A stretch of 64,000 bases of DNA from Bdellovibrionales bacterium. Lineage in GTDB: Bacteria > Bdellovibrionota > Bdellovibrionia > Bdellovibrionales > UBA1609. The stretch lies in assembly GCA_965205945.1 (NCBI GenBank), contig CBDBIB010000001.1, positions 96,001 to 160,000 of the forward strand, read 5' to 3'. The notes under the pieces are model-generated. The model ran no database searches, was not told the DNA's origin, and saw nothing but the letters and a program-made list of their open reading frames with translations. Position numbers and translations under genes: made by a program. Numbering within the stretch: the first letter of the stretch is position 1; every line of letters begins with the position of its first letter. Of the stretch, positions 40,571 through 50,703 are shown piece by piece.

Positions 40571-42268
40571 ATGAAAAAATTCGTTTTTACAATATCTTTA
40601 TTAGCATTGTTATTTTTAAGTAGTTGTGGAAAAAATTATGAGAGCCAAATAGAAACAAAGGCGCCAAAAACAGACCTTCAAATAAACAAATCTTTAATAG
40701 CCCTAAGAATCTTTGAAAAAAACGTCTCAGACCTCATGGCTAAGAATCCACAGGCTAAAGTAAGGGTTTTAGGCAAAGACACCTTTGAATTTAGAGGCCT
40801 TGAAAAAAAACAAATTCTTAAAGTTGCTCCTTTAGCAATTGTTGAATCAAACAAATTTATAAATATTCAATCTAAAACTATAAATAAAAAGCAGTTTGTA
40901 AACAATATCTTAAGTACAAACCCCTTTGTAAAATTTGCCCCTAAATTCTGTACTAAAAATTATACTTTAAACGTTCCAGAGATTAAAATTTCTAACGCTT
41001 TACTTGATGATAGTTTTCATGCACATCAGGCTTTAAAGCTTAGCTTTAAAGCCCCTTTATCAGAAATTTTAACCTCTTGGTATCTAATCCCACCCATGGG
41101 CTCAAACCTTAATATTTATTTTAACGATAGTAAAACCCTACATTTCACTCCAGACATGCCAGGCTCTTATAGTGTTGCACTTTTTTTAAAAAAAGGTGAT
41201 GGATGTAATGTCCGCTTCAAAGAGTTTACTGTGACTTTAAACTCCTCTTTTATTCCAACTTTATTACCAAGAGATCTTTCTAGTTTAAATGCTCTTTCAA
41301 AACAAGATTTTATACAAATCTCCACTACTAATTCTAATAAAGCACGAAAACTTTTAACTGGTAAAAATAAGGTTATTGTCGCTGTTTTAGATACTGGTGT
41401 GAATTACAACCACCCTACTTTAAAAGACAATATGTGGATAAACACTGACGAAATTGATGGCGACGGAATTGACAATGACTCTAATGGCTACATTGATGAT
41501 ATTGTTGGCTTTGACTTTGAAAATGCCGATGCAATGCCAATGGATGATTCCGGTCACGGGAGCCACGTAGCTGGTCTTATTGCAGGCAAATATATAGGTA
41601 CTGGAAACATGCCCAATGTTAAAATAATGGCTCTTAAATCTGGATCAAGAAGAATAGATGTAGGTTCAGTGATTAAAGGTTTTAATTACGCCATTGATAA
41701 TGGAGCCAATATAATAAATATGTCTTTTGGAGGTAGGAATAGAGGTAAAATTTTTGAAAATACTATAAAAAAAGCTTCCGATGCTGGTATTTTAATTGTT
41801 GCAGCTTCTGGAAATGGAAATCCTAGTAATGGTCTAGGCATGAATAATGATATTACTCCATTTTTTCCAGCATCTTATAACTCAGCCAATATTTTATCTG
41901 TAGCTGCTTGTAAAGCTAATGGTTCTCTAACTCAATACTCCAACTATGGTCAAACTCAAGTTGATATTGCCGCTGTTGGTGGCTACTATGATAGATTTAA
42001 CAAAACTAAAAAATTTCTTAAATCAGCACACTTAGAAAATCCAAAAGGCTTGCTTCTTAAATCTATGTTTGGAACTTCAATGGCCACACCTATTGTCTCT
42101 GGTATTGCCTCCTTAATGTTAAGTGAGAATCCAAATCTTAGCCCATCAGATATAATAGATATTATGATGAGAACAGGAAAAAAATCTCTTTCCTTACGTG
42201 AAGTAATCACCTCTGAGGCTGCAGTAGACGGCCAAGCTGCTATTTTGTTTATACAAAACTTATTTTAA
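40571..42268 (+). CDS. Lipoprotein S8 serine peptidase
   Basis: Lipobox FLSSC; VLDTG, HGSHVAG, GTSMATP; DGIDNDSNGYIDD Ca loop. Confidence 0.93.
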   Translation: MKKFVFTISLLALLFLSSCGKNYESQIETKAPKTDLQINKSLIALRIFEKNVSDLMAKNPQAKVRVLGKDTFEFRGLEKKQILKVAPLAIVESNKFINIQSKTINKKQFVNNILSTNPFVKFAPKFCTKNYTLNVPEIKISNALLDDSFHAHQALKLSFKAPLSEILTSWYLIPPMGSNLNIYFNDSKTLHFTPDMPGSYSVALFLKKGDGCNVRFKEFTVTLNSSFIPTLLPRDLSSLNALSKQDFIQISTTNSNKARKLLTGKNKVIVAVLDTGVNYNHPTLKDNMWINTDEIDGDGIDNDSNGYIDDIVGFDFENADAMPMDDSGHGSHVAGLIAGKYIGTGNMPNVKIMALKSGSRRIDVGSVIKGFNYAIDNGANIINMSFGGRNRGKIFENTIKKASDAGILIVAASGNGNPSNGLGMNNDITPFFPASYNSANILSVAACKANGSLTQYSNYGQTQVDIAAVGGYYDRFNKTKKFLKSAHLENPKGLLLKSMFGTSMATPIVSGIASLMLSENPNLSPSDIIDIMMRTGKKSLSLREVITSEAAVDGQAAILFIQNLF

Positions 42269-42562
42269 TTTTTGTATCTATTATGAGTACTTTTGATTTT
42301 TCAATTTCGTATTTACTTAACCTACTTTTAAATTCATCTTTTTATTCTTGTTTAAAACTCACCTAGCGTTTGATAAGATTGCACCTTAAATTTATCCCTT
42401 AAAAATCATGTAAAAATATTCTTACAAACCACAACTTTAGCCTAACAGATCGACTCTTTCTTATACCTTAGTCAGATACTTTAAATAGATATTGCTTTTT
42501 CCAATAGACTTTAAATCTAAACTCACGCTAACATATTTTCTATATTTAAAAGAAAGGTTTAA

Positions 42563-43279
42563 ATGACATCTTTATTTTTCTCAACAATTTTACTTTTTAC
42601 TCTTAATGTACAAGCAAAAATATTTTCAAACTCTTATGTTAGCTTTGAACTCCCTGCAAACTGGGTATGTAAATCAGAAGGCTTTGAATATACTTGCGTT
42701 AACAAATTTAGTGAAAAACAAAAGAAAGCCATCATTATTTTAACAGCGAAAAAAAAAGGCCCCCACGATTCTTTAAAAAACTATGAAACCCATCTTAAAA
42801 AATCCCGTCAAATGAAAAACTATAAAGCTAAGACCTACTATTCAAAAAAAAAAATTGTTAAAAAAAGAAAAATATCTGGTGTGGATTGGATTGACGCAAT
42901 CCACTTAGGAGGTGAAGTAGAGACCTACTACACTCGCTATACAGCAACAACAGTAAATGCACTTGGAATCTTAGTTACTTTTTCAGCACACAAAGATCAC
43001 TACAGTAAATATAGCAATGATTTTATAAAAGCCATTCAAAGCTTAAAAGTAATCGCCTCACCTGATTTAGCCTCATCAAAATCAATAAGGGGAGTTAAAA
43101 AAAATATATTTGAGACAGGACTTTCAGACATTTTACCTGATGGAATAGCAGAAGATCTTAATGATAGCAGTAATGATGGAGTCTTTAGTTTTAATTTTTT
43201 AGGATCAAAAGGCCTTATTGGAATTTTACTTCTACTTCTCACCGGCTTAGGCGTATTTATTTATATTAGGTCTAGATAA
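42563..43279 (+). CDS. Exported hypothetical protein with C-terminal TM
   Basis: Signal peptide, YVSFELPANWVC, C-terminal hydrophobic anchor. Confidence 0.7.
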   Translation: MTSLFFSTILLFTLNVQAKIFSNSYVSFELPANWVCKSEGFEYTCVNKFSEKQKKAIIILTAKKKGPHDSLKNYETHLKKSRQMKNYKAKTYYSKKKIVKKRKISGVDWIDAIHLGGEVETYYTRYTATTVNALGILVTFSAHKDHYSKYSNDFIKAIQSLKVIASPDLASSKSIRGVKKNIFETGLSDILPDGIAEDLNDSSNDGVFSFNFLGSKGLIGILLLLLTGLGVFIYIRSR

Positions 43280-43329
43280 GATTATTATTTATATTAAAAC
43301 ATAACAAATTATTAATATAATATCTAAAC

Positions 43330-43890
43330 TCAGTGACAAAAACAGTCCTTTGAATGACTATCTACAATTCCTACTGCCTGTAAATACGCATATGTAATAG
43401 TAGAACCTATAAATTTAAAACCTTTTTTCTTAAGATCTTTAGAAATTCGATCACTTAAAGCTGTTTTGGTATAGTAGTCTTTAATAGATTTAGGACTATT
43501 TTTAATAATCTTCCCCTTAGTAAAAGACCATATATACTTATTAAAAGAACCAAAACTTTTTTGAATTTCTAAGAAAGCCTGTGCATTTGTTCTTGTTGAA
43601 TACAACTTAAGCCTATTTCTAATTATTTCTGGGTTTATTAAAATCTTTTCAAGCCTTGTATTTGTAAACTTAGAAACCTTTAAAGGGTCAAAATCAACAA
43701 AGTGTTTTTTATACCCTTTTCTTTTATTTAAAATAATTTCCCAGCTAAGACCAGCTTGAGCACCTTCTAAAATTAAGTATTCAAAATGGACTCTATCCCT
43801 CCTTACAGGCCGCCCCCACTCTTTATCATGATATTTTACATATAAAGGATTATTTAAATTTACCCAAGGACATCGCTTTTTTTCAATCAT
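43330..43890 (-). CDS. tag: DNA-3-methyladenine glycosylase I
   Basis: RCPW, YHDKEWG, LEGAQAGLSW, H..DC. Confidence 0.96.
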   Translation of the reverse strand: MIEKKRCPWVNLNNPLYVKYHDKEWGRPVRRDRVHFEYLILEGAQAGLSWEIILNKRKGYKKHFVDFDPLKVSKFTNTRLEKILINPEIIRNRLKLYSTRTNAQAFLEIQKSFGSFNKYIWSFTKGKIIKNSPKSIKDYYTKTALSDRISKDLKKKGFKFIGSTITYAYLQAVGIVDSHSKDCFCH

Positions 43891-44291
43891 AACCTAAACC
43901 CCTTAGGAAAAAGCATGGAAAGCTTATAAAATTTTTCTTGCTTAAAATCTCTTGAAAAAGACACCACTTTTATATCTCCTCCAACTTGAACAAATTCAAA
44001 AATACTCTGTCTACAAATACCGCATGGCCAAATAGGCTCATCAGTTTCTGAAAGAACATAAACTTTTAAAATACACGCCTTAGGTCCCTCTTTACTAACC
44101 ATCTTAACAATGCATGTACGCTCAGCACAAATCGTTGCCGCCATTGTAGAGTTTTCAACATTACAACCATAATAAAAATATCCAGCTTTTGACTCTATAC
44201 ATGCTGCCACTTTAAATCTTGAAAACGGTGAATATGAATTGCTTAAAACTTTAGCTAAGGCCCTTTTTTCAAATTTTGTTTCTCCTACCAT
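43887..44291 (-). CDS. cdd: Cytidine deaminase
   Basis: YSPFS, GCNVEN, CAER, PCGICRQ. Confidence 0.93.
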   Translation of the reverse strand: MVGETKFEKRALAKVLSNSYSPFSRFKVAACIESKAGYFYYGCNVENSTMAATICAERTCIVKMVSKEGPKACILKVYVLSETDEPIWPCGICRQSIFEFVQVGGDIKVVSFSRDFKQEKFYKLSMLFPKGFRL

Positions 44292-44344
44292 TTTTTAAAC
44301 CTCCAATATAAGATTATATCTATATACTTAAATAAGGATACACT

Positions 44345-45835
44345 GTGAGCTTAAAAATCTATAACACTTTAAGTAGAAAACTTGAACCCTTTAAAGCAAT
44401 AAACCCTCCACAAGTTAAAATGTATTGCTGTGGCCCCACTGTTTATGATTTTTTACATGTAGGAAACTTTAGAGGAGCTGTTTTTTATAACCTTTTAAGA
44501 AACCATCTTGAAAATGAAGGTTTTAAAGTAACTTACGTCTATAATTTCACTGACATTGATGACAAAATCATAAAACGAGCAAATGACGAAGGCTTAAGCC
44601 CTTTTGATATTTCAAATAAATATATTAAAGAATTTAAAAAAGATTTTAAGCTTTTAAAACTTCGACCACACTCAATAAATCCAAGAGTTACAGAATCTTT
44701 AGATTCAATAATTCAAGTGATTAAAGATCTTATTAAAAATGAGACTGCATACGTTATAGATAGTGAAGTTTTTTTTTCCATAGATAAGTTTAAAGATTAT
44801 GGAAAACTCAGCCATCAAAGACCTGATGAACTTTTAAAAGGAACAAGAAAAAAGATTGATCCTAAAAAAAGGAACTCTCTAGATTTCACCCTTTGGAAAC
44901 CCGCTAAAGATACTGAACAGTCTTTTGACTCTCCATGGGGAAAGGGACGTCCAGGTTGGCATATTGAGTGCACTGCAATGATTAAAAAATATTTAGGCGA
45001 TAATATAGATATTCATGGTGGAGGCTTAGATCTTTTATTCCCACATCATGAAAATGAAATAGCTCAATCTAAAAGCTGTTCTCATGGTGGAGAATATGTA
45101 AAGTACTGGGTACACAATAATATGTTTACATTTTCAGGCTCTAAAATGTCTAAATCTCTTGGAAATATTAAAACCATGCGTTTCTTTTTAGAAGAGTACC
45201 ATCCTGAAATTTTTAAATTTATTGTTTTAAGCTCACATTACCGATCAGAAACTGAATTCACCGATCAGGCCATACAAAAAGCCATGCAAAGCCTTGCAAG
45301 AATTTATTCAGCTCTACAAATCGCTGAAAATAACGCTTCAAATATGATTATTAAACCTTTACTAAAAGGCTCTGCATTAAAATTTAATACCTATATTAAA
45401 GAAAAAAAATCTGAGATCAGAAAACACCTTAACAATGATTTTGCAACACCTAAAGTTTTTTCTGTTTTTTTTAAAGTTATAAAAAAATTTAACCAATTCT
45501 CCTCCGAAAATAAAAAACTCAGCCCTGAAGCTAAAAAAATCTCTCTTATTTTACTAGAATTTTTCAAAAAATATGAAAAAACTTTTGCAATGTTTGAAGA
45601 AAAGCCCTTTAATGTTTTCTTAAAAGCTCTAGATAAAATTCTACTTAAGAGGTTAAATATTAATGAGGCTAAAATTAAAAACATAATCAATGAACGAACT
45701 AAAGCTAAGGCCAATAAAGACTATGCTAAAGCTGATTCTTTTAGAGATGAACTTTTAAAAAACATGATCACCATAAAAGATACCCCTGAAGGCACAAGCT
45801 GGGAAGTTAACAAAGTAGAATTCTTTAATCAATAG
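44345..45835 (+). CDS. cysS: Cysteine--tRNA ligase
   Basis: CGPTVY, HVGN, GRPGWHIEC, KMSKS. Confidence 0.98.
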   Translation: MSLKIYNTLSRKLEPFKAINPPQVKMYCCGPTVYDFLHVGNFRGAVFYNLLRNHLENEGFKVTYVYNFTDIDDKIIKRANDEGLSPFDISNKYIKEFKKDFKLLKLRPHSINPRVTESLDSIIQVIKDLIKNETAYVIDSEVFFSIDKFKDYGKLSHQRPDELLKGTRKKIDPKKRNSLDFTLWKPAKDTEQSFDSPWGKGRPGWHIECTAMIKKYLGDNIDIHGGGLDLLFPHHENEIAQSKSCSHGGEYVKYWVHNNMFTFSGSKMSKSLGNIKTMRFFLEEYHPEIFKFIVLSSHYRSETEFTDQAIQKAMQSLARIYSALQIAENNASNMIIKPLLKGSALKFNTYIKEKKSEIRKHLNNDFATPKVFSVFFKVIKKFNQFSSENKKLSPEAKKISLILLEFFKKYEKTFAMFEEKPFNVFLKALDKILLKRLNINEAKIKNIINERTKAKANKDYAKADSFRDELLKNMITIKDTPEGTSWEVNKVEFFNQ

Positions 45836-45844
45836 GAGTACAGT

Positions 45845-46465
45845 ATAAAAAATATTCTAACACTCATAACCTTATTATCATTTTCAACCACTACATACTC
45901 AAAGACTTGTATTCACAGCATTAAAGAAGGCAGTCAAAAGGTTACTTGGACGGCTTTTAAGTACACTGAAAAAATAGCTGTTTCTGGAACTTTTAAGAAA
46001 ATAACCTTTACTCAATCTAAAAAAGCTCATTCTATGTCTAAACTCTTAGAATCTATTGAGTTTAAAATTAATACTAACTCTATTGATTCTAAAAACATAG
46101 CAAGAGATACGACTTTAAAAGGTTCAATCTTTAAATTTCTAAAAGTTCCCAATGTTATTTCAGGAAAAGTAGTTTCAGCAACTCAATTAAATATGATTGT
46201 TGAAATGCAATTAAATGAAAAAACACCTATGCAAATGAGCTTAAATGCTAAGGATGGAAAACTTACCTCTACAGGAACTTTAAATCTTTTAGAAAACGGC
46301 TTAAAAAAATCCTATGATTCTGTACATATAGCATGTAAAGGTCTACATATTGGAAAAGATGGTGTTTCTAAAATATGGCCCACCATAGAAATTAAAGTTC
46401 AAGCCGATTATGAGGTAAAATGTTTAAACGGTATAATAGATTCTATTAAGTCTTGGTTCTCATAA
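45845..46465 (+). CDS. YceI-like exported protein (apparent ATA start)
   Basis: Frame is open from ATA 45845 after SD AGGAG: signal peptide, VTWTAFKYTEKIAVSGTF, SIDS..ARD. Confidence 0.75.
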   Translation: MKNILTLITLLSFSTTTYSKTCIHSIKEGSQKVTWTAFKYTEKIAVSGTFKKITFTQSKKAHSMSKLLESIEFKINTNSIDSKNIARDTTLKGSIFKFLKVPNVISGKVVSATQLNMIVEMQLNEKTPMQMSLNAKDGKLTSTGTLNLLENGLKKSYDSVHIACKGLHIGKDGVSKIWPTIEIKVQADYEVKCLNGIIDSIKSWFS

Positions 46466-47379
46466 GCAATCGCTCCCTTTAAGGATTTAGCCTCTACACG
46501 ACCAAGTAAATAAGGCTTAACTTTAAATTTTATCCTATACTTTTTTAAAAAGTCATAAAGACACTCTGGCTTTAGAGTCCACAAAAATCCATACTCCTCC
46601 CCTCCTTGCATTGCTATTACTTCAGGGTTTAAATCCATTTCTTTACAAGATTCTTTAAAAACCCTCTCCATAAAAAGACTCTCAATCCTAACAGAACAGT
46701 CGCTAAGTCGGCACATATTACTTAGTTCTTTATATAACCCATCTGAAATATCTGTAAGACTTGTGACCTCTTTAAACATTGCCAACCACGCGCCTAATTC
46801 TTGATTAAGTTTTGGAAACAAAAATTTTTCTATAAATTCAGATTTTAAAGTATTTTTCTTAAACTGCTTAAATCCTAATAATGCATGGCCTAAGTGAGCA
46901 TCAGTCATTAAAACATCTCCTCTAATAGCACCATTATTTGTTTTAATAAATTCTTTCCGCTGATAGCCGGAGGCCTGTATAACTACACAAAAAAAAGCAC
47001 CTCTTACAATATCTCCGCCTAAAAGCTTTACGTTGTGTTGAGTAGACGCTTTTTTAAGACCTTTTAAAAATTCATAAAAATCAGTTTTGCAAAAAGTCTT
47101 AGGGATAATTAAACTCAATGAATAAAAACTAGGGTTTGCTCCCATAGCATAAACATCACTAATTGAAGCCACCAAAGACTTCCACCCTACTGATAAATAC
47201 CCCATATCTTTTATAAAATGAGTGCCTTCAACAAATGAATCTGTGGACTGAACTATACATTCACTTAAATGACATGGTGGAATAATATAAGCATCATCAC
47301 CAAAACTGCTAAATCCGTACTTTGGCCTCTTACAGTTTAGCTTTTCAGCAATTAAATCTATTATTGTTGACTCATCCAT
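46408..47379 (-). CDS. thiL: Thiamine-monophosphate kinase
   Basis: GDDA, EGTHF, SDVYAMG, GGD, DISDGL, GGEEY. Confidence 0.93.
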   Translation of the reverse strand: MDESTIIDLIAEKLNCKRPKYGFSSFGDDAYIIPPCHLSECIVQSTDSFVEGTHFIKDMGYLSVGWKSLVASISDVYAMGANPSFYSLSLIIPKTFCKTDFYEFLKGLKKASTQHNVKLLGGDIVRGAFFCVVIQASGYQRKEFIKTNNGAIRGDVLMTDAHLGHALLGFKQFKKNTLKSEFIEKFLFPKLNQELGAWLAMFKEVTSLTDISDGLYKELSNMCRLSDCSVRIESLFMERVFKESCKEMDLNPEVIAMQGGEEYGFLWTLKPECLYDFLKKYRIKFKVKPYLLGRVEAKSLKGAIAYENQDLIESIIPFKHFTS

Positions 47380-47452
47380 ATATCTATAATCTATACCTTT
47401 TTGTATAAAAATTAACTAGAACTATTTATAAAAAATCTATTATGGAGCTGTC

Positions 47453-48505
47453 ATGAAAAAAACTATAGTAATTGCCTTTATATTTATGTTCACTATTTAT
47501 CAAGGCTACATAGAACTTAGACCCACTAAAAAAATATCTAATGTCATTAATCAAAAACGTATTTCTATTATGACTTATAATGTTGAAAATCTTTTTGACA
47601 CATTAAATGATGTTGGAAAAAATGATGAAACTTTTTTACCTAAACTTAAAAAAAATAAGGCAATACAAAAAAAATGCAGACAAAATAGACGTCGACATTG
47701 GGTTAAAGAATGCTTAAACACTAATTGGACTAAATTTAAACTTGAAGTGAAAATGAAACGCTTAGCTTCTGTTATAAAAGGCTATAAAAGCTCAGGACCA
47801 GATATTTTAATTTTAGAAGAAGTAGAAAATATTAATGTTCTTAATATTTTTAACAATAAACACCTTGGTTATAAGAATGTAATTCTTCTTGAGGGACCTG
47901 ATAAACGGGGAATTGATGTTGCCCTTTTAACAAAACTTGATTCTGTAAAAAAACCTAAACTTCACCTACAAAGATTTAAAAGTAATAGTGAACAAAAAAA
48001 TCCAAGCGTAACACCCACAAGAGGTATTTTAGAAGTTTTTTTAAAACTTCCAAACAATGAAATTTTAAATGTGTTTGGCCTTCATTTTCCTTCTCAAAAC
48101 TCGCCTACAGAAACAAGAAAACAAGCCATCCAACTGCTAAATAAATTAAAAAGTAAAAGAAACTATCTCTCCATTGCTGGAGGTGACTTTAATATCACTC
48201 AAAATGAATCTTTCTTATATAAACAAGATTTATCAAAAACCTGGGATGTTTCACACCTAATTGGTTGCAAAAACTGTAAGGGCTCTAACTATTACCATAG
48301 AAAAAGAACATGGTCATTTTTAGATGCTCTTTTATTTTCTAAAAATTTTGGAAAAACTTGGAAAATTGATAAAAACTCTATAAATGTTTTTAATCAAATA
48401 GATGTTCAAAATAATCAATACGGCTCCCCTAAAAAATTCAATATGGGTAAAGATCAAACTGGAGTTTCCGATCATTGGCCTGTTGTTGGAGAAATCTACT
48501 TGTAA
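47453..48505 (+). CDS. Exported endonuclease/exonuclease/phosphatase family protein
   Basis: YNVENLFD, EVEN, GDFN, SDHWP. Confidence 0.92.
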   Translation: MKKTIVIAFIFMFTIYQGYIELRPTKKISNVINQKRISIMTYNVENLFDTLNDVGKNDETFLPKLKKNKAIQKKCRQNRRRHWVKECLNTNWTKFKLEVKMKRLASVIKGYKSSGPDILILEEVENINVLNIFNNKHLGYKNVILLEGPDKRGIDVALLTKLDSVKKPKLHLQRFKSNSEQKNPSVTPTRGILEVFLKLPNNEILNVFGLHFPSQNSPTETRKQAIQLLNKLKSKRNYLSIAGGDFNITQNESFLYKQDLSKTWDVSHLIGCKNCKGSNYYHRKRTWSFLDALLFSKNFGKTWKIDKNSINVFNQIDVQNNQYGSPKKFNMGKDQTGVSDHWPVVGEIYL

Positions 48506-48843
48506 AAAAAATCAAAGACATTTTTTTTAACACCCACTCCCATATATTAATTCTTATTAATACAATGCTTTTATTTTTTTTAAAAAAGTAACCCTTAATT
48601 CATAAAAATTAATAGTGTTATTTCTAATAATAATTATTACTGACAACTATAGATTTCTCTATCATAGTTTTAAATCCTAAAATAGTAAAAGTATTGCTTT
48701 AATTTTAAGCTTTCACTCTCTGTCTAATTGATTTTCAAACAATAGTGCTCTTTTATAAAGAAGGTTATAACTTTCATGACTAGCTTGATAAAAGGTTCTC
48801 CAACATGAAGAGCTAGTATTATTAAGGAGGTTTTAAAAAAAAA

Positions 48844-50592
48844 ATGATTAATGTTTCAGGACTTTCAAAAGCATATTCTGGACGAGAACTCTTCTCTAAT
48901 ATTTCTTTTACTCTAAGCAAAAATGAAGTTTTAGGCTTAGTAGGTCGTAATGGCTGTGGCAAGTCCACACTAATGAAAATTATTCTAAAATTAGAAGATA
49001 TGGATAAGGGCCTTATTACCTTTCCTAAAGGCTATATTGTAGGTCACCTAGATCAACATATTAAGTTTACAAAAAATACCTTAATTAATGAGGCCTGCAC
49101 ATCACTTCCTCCAGGAAGAACTCTAGAAATTTATTTAGCTGAAAAAACACTTTTCGGTTTAGGCTTTACACAAGAAGACCTTAAAAAAAATCCTTATATT
49201 TTCTCCGGTGGTTATCAATTAAGAATTAATCTTGCAAAATGTTTACTTAGTGAACCAAATCTTTTAATTTTAGATGAACCAACAAACTACCTTGATATTT
49301 TAAGCATCAACTGGATGAAATCTGTTATTAAAAAATATAACGGTGAAGTTATCCTAATCACTCATGATAAAGAATTTATGAACTCAGTTATCACCCACAC
49401 TGGTGGAATTCATAGAGGAAACTTTAAAAAAATTAAAGGCAGCACCGATAAATACTATGAACAACTTGCCCTAGAGGAAAAAATTTTTGAAAAAACGCGT
49501 ATAAATCAAATTAAAAAAAAACATGAGCTTGAAAAATTTGTAGAACGTTTTGGAGCAAAAGCCTCAAAAGCTTCCCAAGCTCAGTCTAAAATGAAACAAA
49601 TTAATAAAATAAAAATTTTAGATAAGCTTAGTGACGAGCAAAATTTAGGTTTTAAGTTTAACTATGCTCTAACTCCAGCTAAAACATTAATAACTGCTAA
49701 AAACCTTACTTTTGGATTTGATAAGCCCTTAATTCAAAATTTAAGTTTTAATATTAAAAATGGTGATCGTTTAGGGGTTATAGGAAAAAATGGAGGGGGT
49801 AAAACAACACTTTTAAACCTTTTATATGGACAGTTTCACCTTCCTAAAGGATCTACAATTACAACACACCCTGACTGCAATATTAACTACTACCAGCAAA
49901 CCAACAGAAAAGACCTAAATCCAGAACTCACTATACATGAAGAAATCTGTGCAGAAAACCCCACCCTTTCTTTAACACAATCTCATCAGATTTGTGGAGC
50001 CATGATGTTTCCTGGAGATGATGCAAAAAAAAAGATCAATGTTTTATCTGGGGGCGAGCAAAGCCGTGTTCTTTTAGGAAAAGTTATTGCAACACCTTGT
50101 AATGTTTTATTCTTAGATGAGCCCACCAATCATTTAGATTTAGAATCTATTGAGTCTTTAATCCAAGAAGTGAATAAGTTTCCAGGGCCAGTAGTTTTTG
50201 TTACTCATAGCGAAGAGTTTTTAAAACGTATTGCTACAAAACTTATTTATTTTAAAGATGGAAACACTGTTTTTTTTGACGATAATTATAATGAATTTTT
50301 AAATAAAATTGGCTGGGATAGTGGCTCTATTATAAAAAAGAAAGAAAAAAAATCTAAGTATTTTTCAAATGCTAAAAAACTTAAGCCCTTAGAGCGAGAT
50401 ATTCAAAAACTTGAAGAACGCATTTTAAATCTTGAAAAGAAAATAAAAAAAACCCAAGAGTCTTTATGTGGTGAATGGCAAAAAGATACCAGCGCCTACG
50501 CAAATATAAAAAAACATCAAATTAAAATAGATGAGTATTTTTCTGATCTAGAAAAAAAAATAACTCAATTAGAAATTTTAAAAAACTCTTAA
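48844..50592 (+). CDS. ABC-F family ATPase
   Basis: Two NBDs (GRNGCGKS, GKNGGGKT), DEPTN twice, no TM segments. Confidence 0.93.
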   Translation: MINVSGLSKAYSGRELFSNISFTLSKNEVLGLVGRNGCGKSTLMKIILKLEDMDKGLITFPKGYIVGHLDQHIKFTKNTLINEACTSLPPGRTLEIYLAEKTLFGLGFTQEDLKKNPYIFSGGYQLRINLAKCLLSEPNLLILDEPTNYLDILSINWMKSVIKKYNGEVILITHDKEFMNSVITHTGGIHRGNFKKIKGSTDKYYEQLALEEKIFEKTRINQIKKKHELEKFVERFGAKASKASQAQSKMKQINKIKILDKLSDEQNLGFKFNYALTPAKTLITAKNLTFGFDKPLIQNLSFNIKNGDRLGVIGKNGGGKTTLLNLLYGQFHLPKGSTITTHPDCNINYYQQTNRKDLNPELTIHEEICAENPTLSLTQSHQICGAMMFPGDDAKKKINVLSGGEQSRVLLGKVIATPCNVLFLDEPTNHLDLESIESLIQEVNKFPGPVVFVTHSEEFLKRIATKLIYFKDGNTVFFDDNYNEFLNKIGWDSGSIIKKKEKKSKYFSNAKKLKPLERDIQKLEERILNLEKKIKKTQESLCGEWQKDTSAYANIKKHQIKIDEYFSDLEKKITQLEILKNS

Positions 50593-50703
50593 AAATAGAT
50601 AATAAAAATTAACGTAGCCCTCTTAGTATTACCATATTTTATTTTCCATGAATAAATAAACTATGAAAAAAATATTAAATTTAATACTTTAGATTTTATA
50701 AAT

